A stretch of 43,593 nucleotides of DNA from Minisyncoccota bacterium (GTDB taxonomy: Bacteria; Patescibacteriota; Minisyncoccia; Phycocordibacterales; CAIZLB01), in assembly GCA_021734945.1 (NCBI GenBank), contig JAIPIA010000002.1, positions 1 through 43,593 on the forward strand. The letters are read 5' to 3'. The notes below the pieces were generated by a model, which did no database searches, was not told the origin of the DNA, and worked only from the letters and a program-made list of their open reading frames with translations. The translations under genes and the position numbers were made by a program. Below are positions 8,213 to 15,953 of the stretch, piece by piece (the first letter of the stretch is position 1; every line of letters starts with the position of its first letter).

Positions 8213-9007
8213 TTAAATATTTAAAATTCTTTTGAAAAATGAACCTTTACTTCCTGGCAATGGGCCGTATTTGTTGGGTGCAGGATTACCTTTTATAGTA
8301 ACGAGAACAACAAAGAGAATGAGCAGTGTCAAATCGAGAGCAAAAAAACCTACTGGATATACTTGTCCAAATGAAGGTACAAACCATACGAGAAAGAGAA
8401 AAGCTAATCCACCCGGTAAACCTAAGTTATGTAGACGTCTCACAATAAGAGACAGAGAAATTATTGTTATTGGTGCCAGTAAAACAGGAATCAGCATGAG
8501 TAAATAATTGTTGGGATCACTCGCAATTGTATCTAGCATATACTGCCAAAGATTTGGTGTGAAATGTGCGAGAATCAAAGCACTAAACGCTACAATTATA
8601 TATCCAACACCAAAGAAAAATAAGAAGCCCAGTACAAAATCTTTTCGGCGAAGTCGTCCTACAAAAAGGCCTTTTTGTTCAACTGAGTGAGAGATTGTAT
8701 GCCCACTAAAAATCCCAGCAAATGATTTTCCATCCTTAGTAAGTGGTGGCATAAAATCATTAGCAGCAACTAAGTCTTGATGTGTATCCTTATAATTTTT
8801 ATTCACATACGAGAAAGCTTTCTCAATATGATCCTCAGCAAAACCAGCTCGAAGGAGCATTTGTTTTATATCATTGGGTTTAATAGCACTCTCAAGTTTT
8901 GTCTTTATAAAAGACAAAAGTCCTTTTTCAGGTAGATGGTCATGCGAGTTTCCTGAATTATGCAATGATGCGTCTTGAGATTTATGTTGAGATACATATT
9001 GAGGCAT
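8213..9007 (-). CDS. DUF805-family inner membrane protein with an N-terminal soluble extension
   Basis: The C-terminal half carries the DUF805 hallmarks GRLRRKDF ... IVRRLHNLGLPG within 4-5 TM segments. Confidence 0.75.
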   Translation of the reverse strand: MPQYVSQHKSQDASLHNSGNSHDHLPEKGLLSFIKTKLESAIKPNDIKQMLLRAGFAEDHIEKAFSYVNKNYKDTHQDLVAANDFMPPLTKDGKSFAGIFSGHTISHSVEQKGLFVGRLRRKDFVLGFLFFFGVGYIIVAFSALILAHFTPNLWQYMLDTIASDPNNYLLMLIPVLLAPITIISLSLIVRRLHNLGLPGGLAFLFLVWFVPSFGQVYPVGFFALDLTLLILFVVLVTIKGNPAPNKYGPLPGSKGSFFKRILNI

Positions 9008-9025
9008 AACACAGTAATGATATAT

Positions 9026-9526
9026 CTATTGTCTCTTTGTGACAATATAGTTAAAGTGTTTTTCTGAAACTGGTTGAATAGAAAGCCGACTTCCTTTTTG
9101 TCGAACGAGCATACCGTCAAGTTTTGGATCTATTTTTATCTCAGAAAGAGTAAAGGGAGTATCAAACTTTTTTTTGAATGCAAAATCCACAAGCACCCAT
9201 GTTGGTTCAAATGGAATTTTATTTTTTAATGATTCAACTCTCCTTTTATCAGAAGAAGGATCATAATGCTCGTCCTTTTTATCAAATGCAGATTCATCTG
9301 TATAAGGACTACTCGCCACCTCTGCAATACCATACACACCATTTGGTAAATCCTTATTGGTTGAACTTGAATGATAAAAGAGAGCTAAATCGCCGACTTT
9401 GATTCGATCACGCATAAAATTACGAGCTTGAAAATTTCGTACTCCAGACCATGGGCTCTTCATATCTTTCTTCAAATCATCGATTGAATAACAATCGCCT
9501 TCTGATTTTATAAGCCAATAATTCAT
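9026..9526 (-). CDS. EVE (PUA-like) domain protein
   Basis: MNYWLIKSEGDCYSIDDL...WSGVRNFQARNFMRDRIKVGDLALFYHS matches the EVE-domain N-terminal signature. Confidence 0.85.
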   Translation of the reverse strand: MNYWLIKSEGDCYSIDDLKKDMKSPWSGVRNFQARNFMRDRIKVGDLALFYHSSSTNKDLPNGVYGIAEVASSPYTDESAFDKKDEHYDPSSDKRRVESLKNKIPFEPTWVLVDFAFKKKFDTPFTLSEIKIDPKLDGMLVRQKGSRLSIQPVSEKHFNYIVTKRQ

Positions 9527-9529
9527 TTT

Positions 9530-10717
9530 CTATTTTTCCAATAGCTCGAAACTCATGATTCGCACATTGTCAGCTGTATCGATACTTGCAACAGCAATTG
9601 CTGTATAAGAAGCTGTACCGTTTGTATATTCAACCAACGCTCTATCTGGACCATCAAATGTTACATCCGTTACTTCATATGGTATTTTTGATTTTGGAAC
9701 TGCAAGGGCGTTAATATGAGATTCTATATAAGAAATGACAATTGATCTCTGCGTTTCAGTAAATGGAGTAGTCACTCGAGTTACTTTTGCAGGTGTAGTC
9801 GGTTTTGCAACAGGTTTTGTAGTCTGACCATTTTGATTTGACATCACAGGAGAAGATGTCGCCACTGGACGAGTTACACCTGCTGGAAATGAAGATGTAG
9901 GCTTGTTTGTAGAATTAGTATTTTGTGCACCGTTTGTCTGGTTTGAAGTGCCGTTTTGAGTAACATCAACACTTGGTGAATACATTGTTATGTACCAATA
10001 GTATGCTCCACCGCCTAAAAGTAATAGTACAAGAATTGCACTAATAATTAGTACAATTGTACTTTTGTGCCCACCTGTAGCGGTTGGTTTAAGAGCTCCC
10101 AATGTTGGTGCCGTATTATTATTTGAGACAACTGAATTTTTTGGTACAGATGTTGATACTGATGATTGAGGTGTAGACATACTCATTGAAGGCGTAGATG
10201 TCTTATTTGCCATATTAGAAATAGAAGGAGATGACATATTAGACTGTGACATGTCTGTCTGAGCAGAATATGGAGTAGACACAGGACGAGGAGAAACTGG
10301 TGGAGTTTGTGTCACTGATGCAGGAGGAGTGTATGGTTTGAAGGAAGAAACAGGAGAATTTGGAACCTGAACAGTTGATGATGGTGAAATTGATGCTTGC
10401 TGCTGAGTACTCTGTGTAGGTATGTTATGAGACGGAACAGAAGGAGCCTTATCAATATTTGGATTCATTATACGATCAAGTGCCGATGGAGTATGTGCCG
10501 AAAAAGGTGAAGAAGGTATAGCTGATGATGGAGTTGGAGAAGATGGAGTCGAAGAAGATGGAGTCGGCGGAGTTTGCGAAACTGGAGGAGTTGGGTTTGA
10601 AAATTTTGGAGTAGAAGTTAATGTCTGTCCAGGCTTCGGCATACCTTGAAATACTGGGTCGAGATTATTGCCACCTAATTGACCATTATTATTGATTGGG
10701 TTTTTTGTTGGTTCCAT
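9530..10717 (-). CDS. Hypothetical membrane protein: about 220-aa P/S/T-rich N-terminal region, one TM, small C-terminal domain
   Basis: 395-aa ORF with the TM segment IVLIISAILVLLLLGGGAYYWYI and low-complexity PTPSSSTPSSPTPSS tracts. Confidence 0.75.
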   Translation of the reverse strand: MEPTKNPINNNGQLGGNNLDPVFQGMPKPGQTLTSTPKFSNPTPPVSQTPPTPSSSTPSSPTPSSAIPSSPFSAHTPSALDRIMNPNIDKAPSVPSHNIPTQSTQQQASISPSSTVQVPNSPVSSFKPYTPPASVTQTPPVSPRPVSTPYSAQTDMSQSNMSSPSISNMANKTSTPSMSMSTPQSSVSTSVPKNSVVSNNNTAPTLGALKPTATGGHKSTIVLIISAILVLLLLGGGAYYWYITMYSPSVDVTQNGTSNQTNGAQNTNSTNKPTSSFPAGVTRPVATSSPVMSNQNGQTTKPVAKPTTPAKVTRVTTPFTETQRSIVISYIESHINALAVPKSKIPYEVTDVTFDGPDRALVEYTNGTASYTAIAVASIDTADNVRIMSFELLEK

Positions 10718-10726
10718 AATAATACT

Positions 10727-10735
10727 AGTATACCA
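10727..10735 (-). promoter_or_regulatory. Extended -10 TGgTATACT, 9 nt upstream of ATG 10717 (leaderless-type)
   Basis: The minus strand reads ggTGgTATACTagtattattATG. Confidence 0.55.
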
Positions 10736-10777
10736 CCAATGAACTCAGAGCAAAGTAACCCGTCAACAGTCTCTGGA

Positions 10778-11353
10778 TTAAAACTTTCTTATTACAGCTT
10801 TTACCACAGCGGCAATCTTCAAGTCATATTCGGGATAAATATCTTTGAATTTTTTGTTGGCTGGCTGAAGATATGGATTTCCTCGTTTATCAATACGATA
10901 ATATTTCATGGTCCACCCACCATCTACTTCAGCAATCACTATATCTCCAACACGCGCATTAGTGCGTCGCTCAACTAAGACCATATCACCTTCCGCAATA
11001 TGAGCTTCTATCATCGACTCACCTTTTACTTCGAGCATGTATGTAGAATCTTTTGAATCACCTAACAAGAAATCTTCTATACTCGTTGCGTCAAGCATCT
11101 CTTCTCCTGCTACAGTTGGCATACCAGCTTCAACTAGACCAAGAACAGGGACATCTCCATGGAGCCTTGCGGGAGTCAACTTCCCTTTTGAATCCTTTTC
11201 GAAAATACCATCGTCAACCAATTTGTTGATGAGTTTATATACTGCGTTTTTAGATTTAAAGCCAACCAAAGACATAATCTCACTATAACCAGGTACACGC
11301 TTATGCGATTTGTAAAAGTCTGTTATTTTCTTTTTGTATGATTCGTATGACAT
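10778..11353 (-). CDS. lexA: LexA repressor (S24 peptidase)
   Basis: It has an N-terminal winged HTH (GYSEIMSLVGFKSKNAVYKLINKLVDDG), the Ala-Gly cleavage site in LVEAGMP, the catalytic Ser in VKGESMIEA and Lys in WTMKYYR. Confidence 0.92.
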   Translation of the reverse strand: MSYESYKKKITDFYKSHKRVPGYSEIMSLVGFKSKNAVYKLINKLVDDGIFEKDSKGKLTPARLHGDVPVLGLVEAGMPTVAGEEMLDATSIEDFLLGDSKDSTYMLEVKGESMIEAHIAEGDMVLVERRTNARVGDIVIAEVDGGWTMKYYRIDKRGNPYLQPANKKFKDIYPEYDLKIAAVVKAVIRKF

Positions 11354-11371
11354 TTGATTTTTCGAAACTGT

Positions 11372-11393
11372 ATTGACCTAGTTTATTGACCTA
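11372..11393. repeat. Direct repeat ATTGACCTA x2 (period 13) upstream of lexA
   Basis: The copies are at 11372-11380 and 11385-11393. Confidence 0.85.
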
Positions 11394-11434
11394 TTTTTTT
11401 TGGTGACCCTTAAGTCTGACAATTTTCTTTAAGT

Positions 11435-11454
11435 GTATCAGATTTTGTATCAGC
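11435..11454. repeat. Direct repeat TGTATCAG x2 (period 12)
   Basis: The copies are at 11435-11442 and 11447-11454. Confidence 0.85.
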
Positions 11455-11469
11455 CCGTGTGAAGATGAA

Positions 11470-11706
11470 CTAGAAAAGGAAACTTGCCATTGCAAAAGTT
11501 CGTGCAAGCGATGCTTCGCTTTCAAGTCGTCGAAGTTGTGATACAAGGTTTCGATGTCGTGATGATTCTTTTTCGTATGAAATACCTTTTACTATTTTCT
11601 CATCAATCTTTTTGTTGATTGATCGAAGTTCTCTATTAATTGCAAACATAAGTGACATTCTTTTCATATTGGTGGTGTTTATATTTTTATAATTGATTTG
11701 AGGCAT
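11470..11706 (-). CDS. Hypothetical 78-aa helical protein, first ORF downstream of the SOS promoter
   Basis: ORF MPQINYKNINTTNMKRMSLMFAINRELRSINKKIDEK...LARTFAMASFLF. An alternative start is MKRM at 11667. It is co-oriented with lexA, and I see no terminator between them. Confidence 0.6.
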   Translation of the reverse strand: MPQINYKNINTTNMKRMSLMFAINRELRSINKKIDEKIVKGISYEKESSRHRNLVSQLRRLESEASLARTFAMASFLF

Positions 11707-11766
11707 TTGCGTAGAGTTAAGTTCCTTCCCTTTCTATGCTCTGCCTGCATGTTTCTGGATGTTTAT

Positions 11767-11796
11767 AGTATAGGTGAACTATGGTTCACCTGTCAA
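11767..11796 (-). promoter_or_regulatory. SOS promoter TTGACA-N18-TATACT with a LexA box (aGGTGAACtatgGTTCACCt, 11772-11791) in the spacer
   Basis: The minus strand reads TTGACAggtgaaccatagttcaccTATACT. The box is a GAAC-N4-GTTC palindrome with 8-bp arms. Confidence 0.8.
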
Positions 11797-11830
11797 ATAA
11801 ATAGAGTAGGGGAGTTGTGTATAACTAAAA

Positions 11831-11857
11831 AAGAAGCCCATTCGTAGGCTTCTTTTA
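11831..11857 (-). terminator. Rho-independent terminator after the hydrolase gene
   Basis: Stem aagaagcc pairs with ggcttctt, and a T-run follows on the minus strand. Confidence 0.8.
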
Positions 11858-11898
11858 GCGAGTAATTTTATAAATTTTATTGCAAATTTTTGCAGTAC

Positions 11899-12708
11899 CT
11901 AATTCAGTTTTGAGAGCCATTTTTCAAAAATTTCTTTTACTACTGGAAGAATATCTACTCGCCCAATATCATGATCTGCATTTTTAATAATATGAAATTC
12001 CTTATCCCCTACTGGAGTAGCAACCGCATCAAAAAGAAGTTGTTCGTGGTTTGGAGGTGTAGATTTATCAAACTCTCCCGCCAACATTAGAAGTGGCATA
12101 TTGATTTTTGAGGCGTTCATAAGCATATCGTACTTTAGACGGTCTTCCATATGCGACCACTTAAGTATTTTAATATCCCCATTTGACCGCTTTTGCTCTT
12201 GATACCCAAGGGCCTTCCATTTTTCCACCTCTTCTGGACCACGAGCATCGAGACTTAACTTACCTGAAATCACTGTCGCGAGAGGAGCAAGAGCTTTTAC
12301 TTTTTCTGGAAATCTTTCTGCATAATAAACTGTACTCATAGCGCCAAGACTATGCCCTACTAAAATAAACGGTTCCGTATACTGCGGTAAGTTTTTGCTT
12401 GCCCACTCTATGACATCTTCCAAATCCGATGCATACGTTGTAAATGTTGCATCCGCATAATCCCCATCGCTTTTACCAAATGAATGTGTTGGATCAAAAC
12501 TTATGGCAATGTAGCCATAATGAGTTAGAACGTCAGACATAGCAACAAATTCTTGTCTACCGTGACGACTTCCAAGTGATGGCATAATAAAGGCAAGACC
12601 CTTTGCTTTTGCGGGATGTGGATTTAAATCTACATGTAATTCAACAGGTAAATCTATGTTTACAAGAATTCTGAGATTGTCTCGATTTTTTATAAAAAGT
12701 TTAGACAT
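11899..12708 (-). CDS. Alpha/beta hydrolase
   Basis: It has the nucleophile elbow GHSLGA and a C-terminal NADHD histidine motif. Confidence 0.85.
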   Translation of the reverse strand: MSKLFIKNRDNLRILVNIDLPVELHVDLNPHPAKAKGLAFIMPSLGSRHGRQEFVAMSDVLTHYGYIAISFDPTHSFGKSDGDYADATFTTYASDLEDVIEWASKNLPQYTEPFILVGHSLGAMSTVYYAERFPEKVKALAPLATVISGKLSLDARGPEEVEKWKALGYQEQKRSNGDIKILKWSHMEDRLKYDMLMNASKINMPLLMLAGEFDKSTPPNHEQLLFDAVATPVGDKEFHIIKNADHDIGRVDILPVVKEIFEKWLSKLN

Positions 12709-12717
12709 TTTTTATCT

Positions 12718-13491
12718 CTATCTTTTAAGTAATTTAAATATTATAAACTCCGGAATCTTTTGAAGCCTTTTGTATGTTTCTGGTCGTAATTCCTTCATTC
12801 TCTCTTTCGGTAAAGGCTCAACTATTTGTTCGATTAAAAATCCCGCCTCATATATACACTTCGAAATTTCTCCCATAGGTACATGCCAAAAATTTACAGT
12901 ATTTTCTCCAAAAACGTCAACTATTTTATTTTTATTTAAATAATCACCTATTATCGTAGCTTCTTTAGTGATTTTATTTTTAAATACCTCTACCTTATAA
13001 ATTTCATGATCTTCATTTTCTACTACTTCGGCAGCAAATCGCACAGGGTGATTACATGAAAATATAAAATGAGAACCGGGTTTCAGAACACGATATACTT
13101 CAGATAAAGATTGTGTCCAATTTTCAATATAATGAATAGCAAGACTTGAATACGCAAAATCAAAACTCTGATCAGCAAATTCTAGTTTTTCCATATCCAT
13201 AGTTTTGAATTCGCAATTAGGATATGTTTGAGAAGCAATCTTTATTAGCTCGCTTGATAGGTCAATTCCAACAGACTTGGTAGCACCCTGATTTTTTAAA
13301 TAATTACTATCCTCTCCACTTCCACATCCAACACTTAGCACTGTCTTACCTTTCAAATCTGGCAACAAAGCGTACATCGCAGGTTTTTCATAATACGAAT
13401 GATATACAGCATCATCTGGATTACGAACATGATTTGTATATTTTTCTGCTCTTTTTTGGTACCAATCTAATGTTTTTTCGTCAGTGGACAT
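12718..13491 (-). CDS. Class I SAM-dependent methyltransferase
   Basis: It has motif I VLSVGCGSGEDS followed by GIDLS. It sits 9 nt upstream of the hydrolase gene, so the two probably form an operon. Confidence 0.85.
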   Translation of the reverse strand: MSTDEKTLDWYQKRAEKYTNHVRNPDDAVYHSYYEKPAMYALLPDLKGKTVLSVGCGSGEDSNYLKNQGATKSVGIDLSSELIKIASQTYPNCEFKTMDMEKLEFADQSFDFAYSSLAIHYIENWTQSLSEVYRVLKPGSHFIFSCNHPVRFAAEVVENEDHEIYKVEVFKNKITKEATIIGDYLNKNKIVDVFGENTVNFWHVPMGEISKCIYEAGFLIEQIVEPLPKERMKELRPETYKRLQKIPEFIIFKLLKR

Positions 13492-13500
13492 ATTGAATAA

Positions 13501-13509
13501 ATAGTATCA
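13501..13509 (-). promoter_or_regulatory. Extended -10 TGaTACTAT, 9 nt upstream of ATG 13491 (leaderless-type)
   Basis: The minus strand reads gcaTGaTACTATttattcaatATG. Confidence 0.6.
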
Positions 13510-13548
13510 TGCCCATACTCCCTAGTACAAAGGGTCTATATACCACAC

Positions 13549-13574
13549 TTACACAAAGTATATACTTTGTGTAA
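13549..13574. other. Perfect palindrome P2: ttacacaaagtat atactttgtgtaa
   Basis: Read directly from the sequence. It lies between the DEAD-box terminator and the methyltransferase promoter. Confidence 0.9.
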
Positions 13575-13601
13575 ACGACCCATACACGTGCACATACGCT
13601 C

Positions 13602-13637
13602 AAAAAAAACAAAAGACCCACTTTCGTGAGTCCTTTG
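13602..13637 (-). terminator. Rho-independent terminator of the DEAD-box helicase gene
   Basis: The minus-strand stem is caaaggactcac gaaa gtgggtcttttg (12 bp including 2 G-U pairs), followed by eight U. Confidence 0.85.
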
Positions 13638-13708
13638 TTTAATTAGTACGAGTTTTATCCCGCCAAATTTGCCGATGTATCCTGAGAATTATCGAGCTCG
13701 CGTTAATC

Positions 13709-15577
13709 TTAATGTCCTGCAACAAACGTAAGAGCCTTACCAACAGCGCCACCACGACCTGTTCGGCCGATTCGGTGCACATAGTCATCGTATGTCATTG
13801 GAAGCTCGTAGTTGATTACGTGAGATACATTTTTAACGTCGATTCCTCGCGCTGCAACGTCAGTTGCCACAAGAATGTTTAATGTATCACCCTTGAACGA
13901 AGCGAGAGCCTTCTGTCGCTGATAGTGATTTTTATCACCGTGAATAGAAGCAGCTTTGTGACCAAGTTTGATGAGGTCTTCTGTGATTCGCTCTACACCA
14001 CTTTTTGTCTGTCCGAAAATGAGAACTTTTTTGAATTCTTCAGTATCAGAAAGAAGCCCATGAAGTTTATCCATTTTGTTCTCACCTCGTCCAACTCGTA
14101 CAACATCCTGATCAACACTCTTTGAAGTATCACCAGTTTTTACTGAAATTGTAACAGGTTCGTTAAGGAATTCGTGAACAAGGTTTTGAATTTCTTTTGA
14201 CATAGTTGCTGTGAAGAAAAGAGTTTGTCTTGTCTTTGGCATTTGTCCAATGATGAATCGCATTTCATTAATGAATCCCATGTCTAACATTCGATCAGCT
14301 TCATCAAGAACCACGTTAGTGAATTTTGAGAAGTTGATATATTTTCGTTCACCAAGATCTTTGAGTCGTCCTGGAGTACCTATTACGAAGTTGTTGAAAT
14401 ATTTGAGGTCCATAATCTGTTTTCGAATATGAGCACCACCTACGCAACATACAGAGTAAATTTTTGTGTCTCGAATAAGAATAAGAAGTTCTTCTTCAAT
14501 TTGCACAGCGAGTTCTCGCGTAGGTGCCATGATAAGAATTTCTTCTTTTGGATTATCAATAACTTTATTTACAAGTGGAATAAGAAAGGCCATAGTCTTT
14601 CCAGTACCTGTGTTTGCAATACCAATCACATCTTTTCCTTCAAGAACCACAGGAATAGCCTGATCCTGAATTGGACTTGGATTTACATAACCCTTGAGTG
14701 CAATTCGTTTCTTGATATCTTCTGCAATATTAAAATCGTTGAATGTATGAGTTGGTTTGTATGCAGCCGCAAGTTTTGCCTCAGCTGTAACATGAGATGT
14801 ATCTGCAATTTTATTTATAAATTTGTTAACATCAATGTGTTGTCCACGTCCACCTCCTCGTGAACCTCCACGACCACCACCAAAGCCTCCTCGGCCTCCT
14901 GATGAGTAACCACCTCGGCCACCGCCGTAAGATGAACCTCCTGAAGAATATCCTCCTCGTGATCCACCGTATGATGAGCCACCTGATGAATATCCACCTC
15001 GTCCTCCAGAGCTATATCCACCAGAAGAGTATCCTGATGATGTTCGTGGAGATGATGAATAAGAAGAACCACCTCGTGAAGAAGTTCCATAAGATGTTTG
15101 TGATCCTCCATATGATGGAGTACTACTTGATCGTGGTGCTGATGAGGCACTTGATGATCGAGGTGCACTTGTTCCATATGAAGTTTGTGATCCACTAAAT
15201 GATGGTCGTGATGATCCATATGAAGATGAACCTCCTGAAGAATATCCTCCTCGTGATCCACCATATGATGAGCCACCAGATCGAGGTGCTGAAGAGTAAC
15301 CTCCTCGTGAACCAGATGAACTTCCTCCTGATGAGTATGAAGATCCAGAACTATATCCACTTCGAGCATTGTCTCTTGGTGCATATGAAGAAGAACCACC
15401 TGAACGTGAGTCAGATGAATAACCAGCTGTTCGTGGTTTTACTGATGAATTGTGTGCTTTTGGTACAAATTGTTTAGCAAATGAAAGCGCATCTGCTTTT
15501 GGTGCCGGACGAAAAGTCGGCTTTGGTCCACGAGAAGCTCCTGCTCCACGTGAAAAACTTGATTTATTATTGTTCAT
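13709..15577 (-). CDS. DEAD-box ATP-dependent RNA helicase with a roughly 200-aa N-terminal G/S/R/Y-rich low-complexity tract
   Basis: Helicase motifs present: Q motif SPIQDQAIP, motif I ANTGTGKT, PTRELA, TPGRL, VLDEADRMLD, TAT, ATDVAARGID, HRIGRTGRGG. Confidence 0.93.
   Translation of the reverse strand: MNNNKSSFSRGAGASRGPKPTFRPAPKADALSFAKQFVPKAHNSSVKPRTAGYSSDSRSGGSSSYAPRDNARSGYSSGSSYSSGGSSSGSRGGYSSAPRSGGSSYGGSRGGYSSGGSSSYGSSRPSFSGSQTSYGTSAPRSSSASSAPRSSSTPSYGGSQTSYGTSSRGGSSYSSSPRTSSGYSSGGYSSGGRGGYSSGGSSYGGSRGGYSSGGSSYGGGRGGYSSGGRGGFGGGRGGSRGGGRGQHIDVNKFINKIADTSHVTAEAKLAAAYKPTHTFNDFNIAEDIKKRIALKGYVNPSPIQDQAIPVVLEGKDVIGIANTGTGKTMAFLIPLVNKVIDNPKEEILIMAPTRELAVQIEEELLILIRDTKIYSVCCVGGAHIRKQIMDLKYFNNFVIGTPGRLKDLGERKYINFSKFTNVVLDEADRMLDMGFINEMRFIIGQMPKTRQTLFFTATMSKEIQNLVHEFLNEPVTISVKTGDTSKSVDQDVVRVGRGENKMDKLHGLLSDTEEFKKVLIFGQTKSGVERITEDLIKLGHKAASIHGDKNHYQRQKALASFKGDTLNILVATDVAARGIDVKNVSHVINYELPMTYDDYVHRIGRTGRGGAVGKALTFVAGH
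14836..15445 (-). repeat. Low-complexity coding repeats (GGSSYGGSRGGYSSGG-type units)
   Basis: Reiterated SRGGYSSGGSSYGG units occur in the translation. The same region generates long shadow ORFs in other frames of the track. Confidence 0.85.
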
Positions 15578-15758
15578 TTTTATGTAGTGTAAGGCGTAAA
15601 GTCCTCGCCTGATTACAAAACATAGGCGTCGATAGTTTAGATATATTGCGCAAGGCGCTGAATCTAAAGCTTAATAAAGTGACGCAAAGTGGCCATATAG
15701 GCCGTAGGCAAAAACTTAGATATAACTTACCCTTACAACTTACACTAGGATACAGTAT

Positions 15759-15788
15759 TTGTCAAATAGCAACATATGTGGTAAAAAT
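15759..15788 (+). promoter_or_regulatory. Promoter TTGTCA-N17-(TGg)TAAAAAT for the atypical gene at 15954
   Basis: ttgtca is at 15759-15764, tg at 15779-15780 and taaaaat at 15782-15788. Confidence 0.55.
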
Positions 15789-15953
15789 ATGGCTCTAGTC
15801 ACCTAAAGGCATCCTCGAACCTAGCAATAGGCCCGTGGACACCCGAAGGAGTTGACATCAAGTAGGTAAAATAAGTAGGAAATACTAAGTAAGCTGTCCG
15901 TCTGGTAGCTGAAAGGTAGTCAACGCAACCAACAACAATTGAGGATAAACACC

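Noticed and set aside
14815-15399. A His/Val/Glu-rich 194-aa ORF in another minus-strand frame, and plus-strand ORFs at 14860-15477, all inside the DEAD-box gene.
   Set aside because: These are frame-shifted readings of the highly repetitive GGY/AGY/CGN coding repeats. There is no independent start signal, and they are fully nested in a well-supported gene.
15590-15850. RNase P or SRP RNA, suggested by the fragments aaagtcctcgcc and cccgaaggag.
   Set aside because: The neighbouring conserved blocks are absent: GAGGAAAGUCCGGGC for RNase P and GGAAGGAAGCAGC for SRP domain IV. The resemblance is limited to 5-7 nt.
15726-15893. An invertible promoter (inverton). CTTAC x3 upstream and GTA(G/A)G x3 downstream of the island b promoter are in inverted orientation.
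   Set aside because: The spacing differs (6-7 nt against 13-14 nt). No extended inverted repeat beyond the pentamers aligns. No invertase gene is nearby.
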